From contig CAYTTU010000104.1 in NCBI GenBank assembly GCA_964440905.1, positions 1 to 42,068 of the forward strand: a DNA stretch of 42,068 nt, written 5' to 3'. This document shows, one piece after another, positions 21,785 through 31,264 of the stretch. The position numbers and the translations under genes are program-made. Numbering within the stretch: the first letter of the stretch is position 1; every line of letters starts with the position of its first letter. This DNA is from an uncultured Acidimicrobiia bacterium. Its GTDB lineage: Bacteria; Actinomycetota; Acidimicrobiia; Spongiisociales; UBA11373. Under the pieces are notes generated by a model that did not search any database, had not been told where the DNA came from, and saw nothing but the letters and a program-made list of their open reading frames with translations.

Positions 21785-23187
21785 CGCGGTGGCACCAGCA
21801 GCATCGAACAGGTGGTGCGGGCAAGGAGATGCGCCACGACTCCCGGAGTGAACACGGTCGGAGAGCGGTGTGGCATTCCGACGACGAGCAGGTCGGAATC
21901 GGCGGCGATCTCCTCGAGCTGCCTCACCGGATTGCCCTGCCGCATCAGGCGTCTCACCGGAACATCCAGCATCGCCCCTTCCTCCCGTAGCCGCGCCAGG
22001 GCGCGCCGCGCCTGATCGTGATCATCGAATCCGGCCATGAAGGCAGGAGAGATGACCGCGACCCCGGTGAGAGCCGCCTTGCCATATGCCGCCAGGTCGA
22101 GGGCGGCGCGTCCCGCCGCCAGCGCCCCCGGGGACTGACGAACCGGAACGACGATGCGGGCGTGGGGAAACGACCCCCGTCCCAGGAGTACGGGACGGCG
22201 CCACGCCATCACACGTCGCAGGAGCCATGTTGCCCGGTTCACCCCCAGCCGCGGAGCGGCCTCGAGGACGACCGCACCGGCCGCGTGCTCCTCGATCAAG
22301 GCCGGAGCGCGCCGCAGGACTCCCCCACCAACCAGTCTCAGCGTGGGATCGATCCCAGGGGCGAGTCGGCGCACCAGCTCCTCGACACCCTCCGCGGCCT
22401 CGCCGGCAGGGTGAGCCACCACCAGAGCCTCGGCTGCACTGTTGCGAGTGAGATTGAATGCTTCGGCCACCACGGCCTCGGCCCGCGAAGGATCCGTCAC
22501 CAGGGCCAGGACCGTCTTGCCGAAGTCGAGGGGAAAGCGCGGCGTCGCCGATGTGAAGGTGGCCACGATCCGGGGGAACTCGGCCGTCGGCCCCACGACC
22601 GTCACCAGGTCTCCAGACTCGAAGACCGTCGATCCGTGGGGGACTATGACCTCCCCGTCCCTTAGCACCGCGGCCACGAGATAGGACTCGGAGTGGAGGT
22701 CCTTCACCGCCATTCCCTGCAGCGGGCTGTCCTCGGCGATCCGAAACTCAAGGGCCTCGGCCCTTCCTCCGGCAAAGGTCGCCGAGGCTATCCGCCGCGG
22801 CTCGAGGATCCGCTCCAAGCCGCGCGCCGTCAGGGTGTCGGGAACGAAGGCCTCCACCCCGAGGGCGCGGTAGTCGGCGAGACGGTTGGCGTCGGCTCCG
22901 ACCGCAGCGACGTGTGCCACGCCGGCCCCCTGGGCGATGCGGCACACCTCGAGGTTGGCGTCGTCGTCGCCGGTGGCGGCGATCACGGCATCGGCCTGAT
23001 CGAGTCCGGCACGCAGCAGGACGATGCGACTCGATCCGTCGCCCGTTATCGGCTCGAAGTGACGCGTGAGTGCCAGGCGGGCCAGGCGCTCGGGGTCGGT
23101 GTCGATCACCGTGACGTCCCAGCGCTCGCTGAGACGCTGCAGCAGCTCACGGATCCCGCGACGGGCCCCCACGATGATCGCTTTCAC
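21781..23187 (-). CDS. RCK (TrkA-N + TrkA-C) regulatory protein fused to two USP-like domains
   Basis: 468 aa from GTG 23187, with a GGAGGGAG SD upstream. VKAIIVGARRGIREL... TrkA-N region, a TrkA-C segment (GMAVKDL...GDLVTVVG), then two universal-stress-like repeats ending in LLVVGMPHR and CSMLLVPP. Confidence 0.7.
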   Translation of the reverse strand: MKAIIVGARRGIRELLQRLSERWDVTVIDTDPERLARLALTRHFEPITGDGSSRIVLLRAGLDQADAVIAATGDDDANLEVCRIAQGAGVAHVAAVGADANRLADYRALGVEAFVPDTLTARGLERILEPRRIASATFAGGRAEALEFRIAEDSPLQGMAVKDLHSESYLVAAVLRDGEVIVPHGSTVFESGDLVTVVGPTAEFPRIVATFTSATPRFPLDFGKTVLALVTDPSRAEAVVAEAFNLTRNSAAEALVVAHPAGEAAEGVEELVRRLAPGIDPTLRLVGGGVLRRAPALIEEHAAGAVVLEAAPRLGVNRATWLLRRVMAWRRPVLLGRGSFPHARIVVPVRQSPGALAAGRAALDLAAYGKAALTGVAVISPAFMAGFDDHDQARRALARLREEGAMLDVPVRRLMRQGNPVRQLEEIAADSDLLVVGMPHRSPTVFTPGVVAHLLARTTCSMLLVPPR

Positions 23188-23233
23188 GCGGTACTCCCTC
23201 CGGACTGCTGCCCCGTCGAGGGGATTATCGCGA

Positions 23234-24307
23234 TCACACCGAGAAGCGCACCACCAGCACGTCGCCCTCGGCCACCTGATAGTCCTTGCCCTCAAGGCGC
23301 ACCATGCCGGCCGCCTTGGCGGCGTCCCATCCCCCGGCGGCGATGACCTCGGCGATCGGGGCCACCTCGGCCCGAATGAATCCACGCTCCAAATCGGTGT
23401 GGATCTTCCCGGCGGCCTGTGGCGCGGTGGCGCCATTGCGCACCGTCCATGCCCGCGACTCCTTGGGACCGACGGTGAAGAACGAGATCAGTCCGAGCGC
23501 CTCATACGTGGCGCGCACCATGCGAGCCAGGGCGCCCTCCCCCAGTCCGAATCCCTCATACAGCTCTGCGCGATCCTCGGGGGCGAGCCGAGAGGCCTCT
23601 TCCTCGAGCAGGGCGGACACCACCACCACGACGTCTCCGTCGGGAACGACCGCGGCCACTTTGGCCTCCAGATCGGAAGCCGCTTCAGTGTCTTCTCCGA
23701 CGTTCACCACCCAGACGGCGGGGCGCAGGGTGAGCGGCGTCAGGTCGCGGAACGCCTCCAGCTGCGCCTCGCCCCACGAGGCGCTGCGCAAGGGCATCCC
23801 TTCGGACAACACAGCCGCCGCCTTGGCGAACGCCTCGGCCGCCAGCCGCTTCCCGGCGTCGGCGATGGCCTCCTTGGCAGACTTCTCGGCGCGCCGAGTG
23901 AACACCTCGGCATCGGCCAGGGTCAGCTCGAGCAGCAGGGTCTCGGCCTGGGCGACCGGGTCGGTGCCCGACTCGGTGTCGGGGACCGCGTCGGAGCGAA
24001 AGGCACGCAGCACCACGGCCATCGCCTCCATCTCCCGGAGCCGCCCCAGCAGCTGAGGACTGAATCCCGATCCGCCCCGCGACATCGCCGGCACGTCGAG
24101 CAGGTCGAGGGTGGCGTGCACCATCTTGGCCGACTTCTCCAGAGCGGCGGCCCGATCGAGCCGATCGTCGGGGACCCGGGCCACACCGACATTGGGCTCG
24201 GTGGTGGAAAAGGGATGCGGAGCGGTGGTTGCGCTCAGCCCGGTGAGGGCGTTGAACAGCGTCGTCTTGCCAACGTTGGGAAGACCGAGGATGCCGACGC
24301 GCGCCAC
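23234..24307 (-). CDS. ychF: redox-regulated ATPase YchF
   Basis: 357 aa from GTG 24307 (VARVGILGLPNVGKTTLFNALT). C-terminal TGS-like FIRAEV...GK.Y.V.DGDV. Confidence 0.9.
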   Translation of the reverse strand: MARVGILGLPNVGKTTLFNALTGLSATTAPHPFSTTEPNVGVARVPDDRLDRAAALEKSAKMVHATLDLLDVPAMSRGGSGFSPQLLGRLREMEAMAVVLRAFRSDAVPDTESGTDPVAQAETLLLELTLADAEVFTRRAEKSAKEAIADAGKRLAAEAFAKAAAVLSEGMPLRSASWGEAQLEAFRDLTPLTLRPAVWVVNVGEDTEAASDLEAKVAAVVPDGDVVVVVSALLEEEASRLAPEDRAELYEGFGLGEGALARMVRATYEALGLISFFTVGPKESRAWTVRNGATAPQAAGKIHTDLERGFIRAEVAPIAEVIAAGGWDAAKAAGMVRLEGKDYQVAEGDVLVVRFSV

Positions 24308-24356
24308 AGTGGGGATCGTACCGTCGCCGACTGGGGCCTCTTGCCGTGATACCAGT

Positions 24357-25250
24357 ATGGACAATGTGCTCGAGCTTGCAGGACTGGTGAAACGGTACGG
24401 CGATGTGACCGCCCTCGACGGAGCGCAGCTCACCGCCGCCCCGGGACGAATCCTGGGATTTCTCGGACCCAACGGCGCCGGAAAGACGACGGCGATGCGA
24501 GCCGTGCTGGGGCTGGTGGCGCTCGACGCCGGGACGATCCGCTGGAAGGGCCTGCCGGTGGAACGCGCCGAGCGCGTTCGCTTCGGCTACATGCCCGAAC
24601 AGCGCGGGCTCTATCCCAAGATGCGAGTGCGAGACCAGATCGCCTGGCTGGCCCGGCTGCGCGGCATGACGCGTTCCGAGGCGCGCAAGGCGTCTACCCG
24701 AGTGCTGGAGACGCTGGGCCTCGGTGATCGGGATACCGCCCGGGTTGAGGCGTTGTCTCATGGCAATCAGCAACGCGCCCAGTTGGCCGCCTGCCTGGTG
24801 CACCAACCCGACCTACTCGTGCTCGATGAGCCGTTCTCTGGACTCGATCCCCTGGGGGTGGACACCATGTCCGCGGTGGTGCGCTCCCGTGCCGACAGCG
24901 GGGCAACGGTGCTGTTCTCATCCCACCAGTTGGATCTGGTGGAAGACCTGTGCGACGACGTCGCCATCATCGACCGCGGCCGGGTGGTGGTCGCCGGGCC
25001 ACTGCAGGCGGTACGCAGCGGCGCCCCGCAGCGCCGCCTCGAGGTCTCGTTCGTCGACGACACCGTCACCTGGGCCCCTCCGGGGGCGATACCGGTCCGC
25101 ACGCGGGATGGGGTCGGGGTGTATCTGGTGCCAGCCGGTGCCGAGCCCACAGCGCTGCTCGCCGCAGCCAGTGCCGCCGGGACGGTGCGCTCTTTCGCCT
25201 TCGCCCCGCCGCGGCTATCGGAGATCTTCCGCCAGGCGGTGGGCTCATGA
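24357..25250 (+). CDS. ABC transporter ATP-binding protein (NatA-like, ABC-2 type)
   Basis: 297 aa from ATG 24357. GPNGAGKTT Walker A, LSHGNQQR signature, LLVLDEPFSGLD Walker B. Confidence 0.9.
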   Translation: MDNVLELAGLVKRYGDVTALDGAQLTAAPGRILGFLGPNGAGKTTAMRAVLGLVALDAGTIRWKGLPVERAERVRFGYMPEQRGLYPKMRVRDQIAWLARLRGMTRSEARKASTRVLETLGLGDRDTARVEALSHGNQQRAQLAACLVHQPDLLVLDEPFSGLDPLGVDTMSAVVRSRADSGATVLFSSHQLDLVEDLCDDVAIIDRGRVVVAGPLQAVRSGAPQRRLEVSFVDDTVTWAPPGAIPVRTRDGVGVYLVPAGAEPTALLAAASAAGTVRSFAFAPPRLSEIFRQAVGS

Positions 25251-26431
25251 GCGGTTGGCGCAGCACGCTGCTGGTGGCGTGGCGCGAGGCCACCGAGCGC
25301 GCCCGCAGCCGGGCCTATATCGCCTCGACGGTGCTCACGCTGGTCATTGTCGGCGTGGTGATGGCGATCTCGGTGCTCTCCGCCGAGAGCACCCCGCACT
25401 ACACCGTGGGTGTCGTGGGTCGACCGGTACCGGGACTCGACGAGGCCCTGGCGCAGTCCGCCGCGGGAGTCGGGGCCGAACTCACCGTCACCGCCCCCCC
25501 CGACACCGCCGCCGCCCGGGAGGCGGTGGAATCCGGTGACGCCGACGCAGTCATCGTCGACCAGAGCACGGTGCTGGTGCGCGCCGCCGGCGGCTCCGGC
25601 GCCGAAGCCATAGCCGCCGCGGCGCTGTCGCGGGCCCGTCTTGGCGTCGTGCTCGAGGACCACGGCGTCGATCCCGCCGAGCTCGCCGCCGCCGGCATGG
25701 TCGACGTGGAAGCGATCGAACCTCCGGATGGGGACGAGGACGAGGCGGTAGCGATGACCGCGGTCGTGCTGCTCTTCCTGGTCATCACCACCTATGGGCA
25801 GTGGGTGGTGCTCGGGGTGCTCGAGGAGAAGACCACCCGGGTCGTCGAACAGGTGGTGTCGGCGACCGGAGTGCGCTCCCTGCTGGCCGGGAAGGTGATC
25901 GGCATCGGAGCCCTGGGTTTGGCGCAGTTGGTGCTGATGGTCGGAGTCGGCGTCGGCGCCGGACTCGCTCTCGACCTCTTCTCCCTCCCGGAGTCCACCG
26001 CTGCCACCGCGTTGTGGTCGTTGCTCTGGTTCGTGCTCGGTTTCGCCTTCTACGCGGTGCTGTACGCCGCCGCCGCTTCCTTGGTGTCGCGCAGTGAGGA
26101 CGCCCAGACTGCGGCGATGCCGGTAGCCCTGGTGGGGGTGGCCGCCTATCTCGGCACCTTCGCCCTGGTGGCAGGCGCCGAAGCGGATTCCATGGTGCTT
26201 CGCCTCGTGTCGCTGCTTCCGCCGGTGGCCCCGATCGCCTTCCCGGCCCGCATCGCCTCCGGTGCAGTCCCCCTCTGGGAGATTCTGCTCGGGGTCGCCA
26301 TCACCACGGCGGCAGTCGTCGCCGTGGTCCGCATCTCCGCCCGCATCTATGCCGGGGCGCTGCTCGCCCAGGGAGGGCGCATCGGGCTGCGGCGGGCCTG
26401 GCGTGCCGCTGGCGAGCTCGCCGGGCGTTAG
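25247..26431 (+). CDS. ABC-2 type transporter permease (NatB-like)
   Basis: 394 aa from ATG 25247, an ATGA overlap with the ATPase gene. One N-terminal TM, a large extracytoplasmic loop, then 5 TM helices. Confidence 0.8.
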   Translation: MSGWRSTLLVAWREATERARSRAYIASTVLTLVIVGVVMAISVLSAESTPHYTVGVVGRPVPGLDEALAQSAAGVGAELTVTAPPDTAAAREAVESGDADAVIVDQSTVLVRAAGGSGAEAIAAAALSRARLGVVLEDHGVDPAELAAAGMVDVEAIEPPDGDEDEAVAMTAVVLLFLVITTYGQWVVLGVLEEKTTRVVEQVVSATGVRSLLAGKVIGIGALGLAQLVLMVGVGVGAGLALDLFSLPESTAATALWSLLWFVLGFAFYAVLYAAAASLVSRSEDAQTAAMPVALVGVAAYLGTFALVAGAEADSMVLRLVSLLPPVAPIAFPARIASGAVPLWEILLGVAITTAAVVAVVRISARIYAGALLAQGGRIGLRRAWRAAGELAGR

Positions 26432-27537
26432 CTCCCGTCGAGGAGCGCCGCCGCCTCGTCGGCGTCGAGCCCGAAACGGCGTAGGGTCGCCGCGGGGTCG
26501 TCGCCCCGGCGCAGTGCCGCCGCGGTCCGTTCGAAGCGCGGCGCCGGGGCGGGCTGGGCGACCCCGGCAACGTCAACAAAGGTGCCGCGGGCGCGCAGGT
26601 GCGGATCGCCGGCGGCTTCGAGCGGGGTGAGCACCGGAGCAACACAGGCGTCGCTCGCTGCGAAGTGCTTAGCCCAGTCGTCCCGCGTTCTTGTGGCGAA
26701 GACCGCACCAAGGCGCTCCGCGGTACTCGCCCATCCGGAACGGTCGTACTGGGCGGGCAGACCGACGGGGTCGATGCCGAGACCGGCGAGCAACGCCGCA
26801 TAGAACGCCGGCTCCAGGGCACCGACGGCGACAAAGCGGTCGTCGGCGGTTCGGTAGCAGCGGTAGAAGGGGGCACCACCGTCGAGCAGGTTGTCGCCGC
26901 GCCGCTCGCTCCACAGCCCGGCGCCTACCAGCCCATGGTGCATCGCCATCAGCAACGCGGTGCCATCGACCATGGCGGCATCGATGACTTGGCCCATCCC
27001 CGACGCCGCCCGTTCCACCAGTGCGGCGAGCACCCCGGTGACCAGCAGCATCCCGCCGCCGCCGAAGTCGGCGACCAGGTTGAGCGGCGGTGGCGGCGGG
27101 GTGTCGGGGGACCCGATGGGCTGCAACGCTCCCGCCAGGGCTATGTAGTCGATGTCATGACCGGCCTCGGCGGCGCGCGGACCGGACTGCCCCCACCCGG
27201 TGATGCGCCCGTACACCAGTCGGGGATTGTGTTCCCGGCAGATGTCGGGCCCGATGCCGAGACGCTCCGCCACCCCGGGACGGAATCCCTCGATGAGCAC
27301 GTCGGCTCCGGCGACGAGACGCAGCACCCGTCTCACCCCCTCGGGCCGTTTGAGGTCGATCGCCAGAATCGCGGCGCGGCTCCGCAGCAGTGGATCGCCG
27401 CTCACCGCCGACGGCGACCCGGGACGCTCCACCCGCACCACCTCGGCACCGAGGTCGGCGAGGACCATGGCGGCAAACGGGCCCGGCCCGATCGAGGCGA
27501 TCTCTACCACACCGATGCCGGCGAGGGGACCCATCAC
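26428..27537 (-). CDS. family III CoA-transferase (CaiB/BaiF; alpha-methylacyl-CoA racemase-like)
   Basis: About 368 aa. GPLAGIGVVEIASIGPGPFAAMVLADLGAEVVRVERP is the typical N-terminus. The start (GTG 27537 or ATG 27534) overlaps the sbcC stop codon. Confidence 0.85.
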   Translation of the reverse strand: MMGPLAGIGVVEIASIGPGPFAAMVLADLGAEVVRVERPGSPSAVSGDPLLRSRAAILAIDLKRPEGVRRVLRLVAGADVLIEGFRPGVAERLGIGPDICREHNPRLVYGRITGWGQSGPRAAEAGHDIDYIALAGALQPIGSPDTPPPPPLNLVADFGGGGMLLVTGVLAALVERAASGMGQVIDAAMVDGTALLMAMHHGLVGAGLWSERRGDNLLDGGAPFYRCYRTADDRFVAVGALEPAFYAALLAGLGIDPVGLPAQYDRSGWASTAERLGAVFATRTRDDWAKHFAASDACVAPVLTPLEAAGDPHLRARGTFVDVAGVAQPAPAPRFERTAAALRRGDDPAATLRRFGLDADEAAALLDGS

Positions 27538-30056
27538 TCGGTCCCGGCGCCTGAAACGACATGAGTGACTCCAGTGACGGCATCACGGTCGAGGACGATG
27601 AGGTCGTCGAACCGGTCCCGTAACTCCGGAACGTGGCTCACCACCACTACCAGACGGTCGCCGCCCGCCGCCACCAGGCGCTCCACTCCGTCCATCGCCA
27701 GGTCGAGGTGCTCGGTGTCGAGGCTGCCGAAGCCCTCGTCGAGGAGGAAGGAATCGAGCCTGCCACCCTCACGGCCGACGATCTCCGCCAGGGCGAGCGC
27801 CAGCGCCAGCGATGCCAGGAAGCTCTCTCCGCCGCTGAGCGAGCTGGCCCCGCGTACCTGATCGGCGGCGGCGAGGTCGACGACGTCGAAGGCGCCATCG
27901 TCGCTGAACCGGTAGCGCCCGGCGGTAAGTGTGGCGAAGTGCACTCCCGCCAGGTCTGCGAGCAGCCGCCGCCGCTCATCGAGCAGGAACTCGAGAAACT
28001 TCGATGGTGCCAGGTCCGCATGGAGTCGCTCCAGGAGGGTGCGCTGTCGAATGGTCGCGGCTTCCTCGGCGCCGAGGGACTCCAACTCGGCAAGGCGTTG
28101 CTCCAGGACCCGGGTCTCGGTCTCCAGGGCGGTGCGGGTCTTCATCGCCTCGGTGGCGATCTCGACGATGTCGTCGGTGGCGGCAAGACCCGCCTTCTCC
28201 AGCAGGTCGGTGCGGGCCCCGCGAGCCGCTCCGGCGGCGTGCTCAGAGCGCTGCAGCGCCTCGGCGGACTCGGTGCGACGCCGGGTCCATTCGGTGCGCA
28301 GCGCCTTGAGGGCGGTGTCGATGGCGCCGGCGTCGTCGCCGTCTCCGGGCTCGATGCCCAACCGGCCTGCCACCGCCGCCATCGAGGTGCGCAAGCGCTC
28401 GAGTCCACGCCGCGCCTCGGCGTGCTCGGTGGCAGCGAGGCGCCGCTCCTTCTCCGCCTGGGACTCCGCCTCCCGCTCCCGACGCAACACCACCTCGGCC
28501 TCCTCGACCCGCGCCCGCAGCGCGCCGAGCGCCTCCACCGGATCCCCTGGGCCGAGCCGCTCTCCCAGCTCGTTCTCGAGTTCGGCAACCGCGACACCCG
28601 CCGCCGTGCCGACGTCGGCTGCCTCGGCCGCGGCGATGCGCTCGGCGTCGGCTCGCTCGGTTGCCGCGGTGTGCCGAGCCCGGGCGGCGGCGGCCTGCGC
28701 CCCGGACTCGGCCACCCTGGTGCGCGCCTCGACCGCGGCGGCTTCGGCGCTGCGGGCGGCGGCCGCCACCGGCTCGACATCGACCATCCCGATCAATGGG
28801 GGCAACGTGGCCACCTTCTGGGCGCACACCGGGCATGGCTCACCAGCCACCAGGGCAACTCGCAGCGTGGCAGCCCGATCGGCATCGTGGGCGGCGTGCA
28901 GCACCCCCTGGGCCGACGCCGCAGTGGTCTCGGCCTCGGCGGCAGCCTCGGCGGCGCCGACAGCCGCCTGCTCCGCCACACTCAGCGCCGCGGCGGCAGA
29001 CTGCACCGCCTCGTCGGCGGTGACGAGGGCAGCGGCGGACCGCTGCTCCCTTTGCGCCGCCTCGCGGTGCCGATTCCGGGCGGCACCGAGGCCGGCCACA
29101 GCGTCGCCCAAGTCCACCATGGCGCGCTGCCCGCCAACCGACGCCAGCACCTCTGCGGCGCGGGTGGCGGCCGCCGCTGTGGCTGCGGTGGCGGCCGCCG
29201 CAGCGCGTTCGGCGAGAGAGATGCGCTCGGCGGCAGCCGCGGCGGCGGCGAACAGACCCGCGGTGTCGGCGTGGTTGGGAATGCGGTCGCCGATCTCGTC
29301 CAGCGAGGCGGATTGCTCGACCGCGGCCGCCCTTCCCGCCTCGGCGGTGCGCAGTGCCTCCTCCGCTTGCATCACGCTGCCACGCAGGGCCTCCAGCGTC
29401 TGAGCCCGTTGATCGGCGGCAACGAGCTCGCTGCCCAGGGAGTCGAGGCGACGCCGGTCCCCCTCCGCGGAGGTGCGACGGGCGGTGAGGTGCTGCAGGG
29501 ACATCCCGATGACGTCGAGGCGGCCCTTGATCACATCACGCATTGCGTCGATCCGATCGAATCCGAATACGCCCTTGAGCACCTGGTTGCGGTCGGTGCC
29601 GGTGGCCTCGAGGAATGCGGCGAACTGGTTCTGGGCGAGCAGCACCGAGCGCCGAAAGGCGTCGAATTCCATCCCGATCAATGCGGTGATCCGTTCCGTC
29701 ACCTCGCGGGCCTTGTCGGCGACCTCCTCCTCGGGGCCGTCGGCACTGCGCCGGTACAGGGTGTGGGCGGCGGCACCGCGGCGGCGCAGGGCGCGCACCA
29801 CCTTCCACTCCACCCCGTCCACTTCGAACACCAGCTCCACCTGTAGTGCATCGCGTCGCTGGTTGATGAGGGCGCTGGTCTCGGTCCCCGATCGCGGGGT
29901 CCTGCCGTAGAGGGCGAACGAGATCGCATCGAGGATCGACGACTTACCAGAACCGATGGGTCCCACGATCCCCACCAAGCCTCGGCCCCTGAAATGGAAA
30001 CTGGTTGGCTCGGCGAACGAGCGAAAACCGCGCAACGTGAGCTCACGGGGCCGCAT
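27534..30056 (-). CDS. sbcC: SbcC/Rad50-family DNA repair ATPase
   Basis: 840 aa from ATG 30056. GPIGSGKSSILDAI Walker A, a long Ala-rich coiled coil with a CPVC zinc hook, LSGGESFLASLALALA signature, LLDEGFGSLD Walker B. Confidence 0.9.
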   Translation of the reverse strand: MRPRELTLRGFRSFAEPTSFHFRGRGLVGIVGPIGSGKSSILDAISFALYGRTPRSGTETSALINQRRDALQVELVFEVDGVEWKVVRALRRRGAAAHTLYRRSADGPEEEVADKAREVTERITALIGMEFDAFRRSVLLAQNQFAAFLEATGTDRNQVLKGVFGFDRIDAMRDVIKGRLDVIGMSLQHLTARRTSAEGDRRRLDSLGSELVAADQRAQTLEALRGSVMQAEEALRTAEAGRAAAVEQSASLDEIGDRIPNHADTAGLFAAAAAAAERISLAERAAAAATAATAAAATRAAEVLASVGGQRAMVDLGDAVAGLGAARNRHREAAQREQRSAAALVTADEAVQSAAAALSVAEQAAVGAAEAAAEAETTAASAQGVLHAAHDADRAATLRVALVAGEPCPVCAQKVATLPPLIGMVDVEPVAAAARSAEAAAVEARTRVAESGAQAAAARARHTAATERADAERIAAAEAADVGTAAGVAVAELENELGERLGPGDPVEALGALRARVEEAEVVLRREREAESQAEKERRLAATEHAEARRGLERLRTSMAAVAGRLGIEPGDGDDAGAIDTALKALRTEWTRRRTESAEALQRSEHAAGAARGARTDLLEKAGLAATDDIVEIATEAMKTRTALETETRVLEQRLAELESLGAEEAATIRQRTLLERLHADLAPSKFLEFLLDERRRLLADLAGVHFATLTAGRYRFSDDGAFDVVDLAAADQVRGASSLSGGESFLASLALALALAEIVGREGGRLDSFLLDEGFGSLDTEHLDLAMDGVERLVAAGGDRLVVVVSHVPELRDRFDDLIVLDRDAVTGVTHVVSGAGTE

Positions 30057-31203
30057 CGCCGACCTCCTCCCGAATCTCCTCGAAGAGGGTGAGTAGGTCG
30101 GACTCCGCCGGACCACCGTGGGCCTCGACGTGATACTCCCCGTAGAGCTCACCCCAGGGACGCCCGGCGGTGGTCGGTCGCGACGCGGCGCTGCGGGGAT
30201 ACTCGGCGCGTACCTTGACCACCAGCGGGTAACGCGCTCGGGCGCGATCCATCAGGTCGGGGTCGGGCCCGTCGGCGATGACGGTCAGGTCGAGAAACGC
30301 CTCGTCGAGATCGTCGCGCTCGGTGAGGGACTCAAAGGTACCGGTGGCGCGCACCAGGCGCCGCCCGCGGCGCAGCGGCACCGAACGGACCTTTGCGGGC
30401 AGGCCAGGGGTGGTCTCCACCACGACGACCCGCTTGACCTCGCCGGCCTCACCGAAGTCGAGTTGCAGCAGCGAACCGGCGTACTCGGCAGGAACCCGTG
30501 CCCCGGGCACCGACTGCGGGGCATGGATGTGACCGAGGGCGATGTAGTCCAGGCTGGCTGGGATCGCAGCCTCGGTTGTGGCGTAGGCCTGGCCGATGTG
30601 AAGGTCACGCTCGCCGCGCGGAGCGGCGGTGTCGATCTTCACACCGCCCACCATGAAGTGCCCGAGTAGGAAGGTGGCGTCATCGGGACCGGCCATGGCA
30701 CCAAGGGCGGCCCCGTAGGCCTCGGCGATCCGCTGCACCTTGGTGGCATAAGTGGTGTACCAATCGGCGGTTTCCGCCATGAAGTCGACCACCTGGGCGG
30801 CGCGCAGGAATGGGAACCCGGCGACCAGAGCCCTCCCGGCGGCGGTCTCGAGCGCGATCACCCCACCTTCGTCCGGGGGACGGATCCGCCCGACCAGATA
30901 CACGCCGTGCGGGGCGAGCAGCGGTGCCAGGGTCTCGAACAGCTCCGTGGAGTCGTGGTTGCCGGCGACCACGACGACGGGACGGTCTGCCCCGAGGCGC
31001 ACCAGGCTCTCCAGGCCGAGGCGCAGCGACTCCACCGGTGGCAATGGCCGGTCGAACAGGTCGCCGGAGTGCAGTACCAGATCCACCTTCTCGGCAGCAG
31101 CGATCTCGGCCACCTCGTCGATCACCGCGGCGTGATCCTCCATCCGATCGTGGCGCTCCAGCCGCTTGCCGACATGCCAATCGGACGTGTGGAGGACTTT
31201 CAT
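30043..31203 (-). CDS. sbcD: SbcD/Mre11-family nuclease
   Basis: 386 aa. MKVLHTSDWHVGK, GDLFD, GNHD and GHIH phosphoesterase motifs. 14-nt overlap with sbcC. Confidence 0.9.
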   Translation of the reverse strand: MKVLHTSDWHVGKRLERHDRMEDHAAVIDEVAEIAAAEKVDLVLHSGDLFDRPLPPVESLRLGLESLVRLGADRPVVVVAGNHDSTELFETLAPLLAPHGVYLVGRIRPPDEGGVIALETAAGRALVAGFPFLRAAQVVDFMAETADWYTTYATKVQRIAEAYGAALGAMAGPDDATFLLGHFMVGGVKIDTAAPRGERDLHIGQAYATTEAAIPASLDYIALGHIHAPQSVPGARVPAEYAGSLLQLDFGEAGEVKRVVVVETTPGLPAKVRSVPLRRGRRLVRATGTFESLTERDDLDEAFLDLTVIADGPDPDLMDRARARYPLVVKVRAEYPRSAASRPTTAGRPWGELYGEYHVEAHGGPAESDLLTLFEEIREEVGDAAP

Positions 31204-31233
31204 ACGCGGTCGTATAGGTCCCGGCGCCTCAGA

Positions 31234-31263
31234 AGCTCTGAGCTGACAGCTGACAGCTCAGAG
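31234..31263. repeat. heptamer array AGCTCTG AGCTGAC AGCTGAC AGCTCAG forming a 10-bp-stem hairpin (31236-31263)
   Basis: Direct reading. CTCTGAGCTG pairs with CAGCTCAGAG around an 8-nt loop. The array fills the 61-bp spacer between the herA stop and the sbcD start. Confidence 0.8.
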
Positions 31264-31264
31264 G

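Noticed and set aside
27633-29846. 737-aa ORF on the plus strand
   Set aside because: It is antisense to sbcC, which has Walker A/B, signature and zinc-hook motifs. The translation is low-complexity G/R/L/A-rich.
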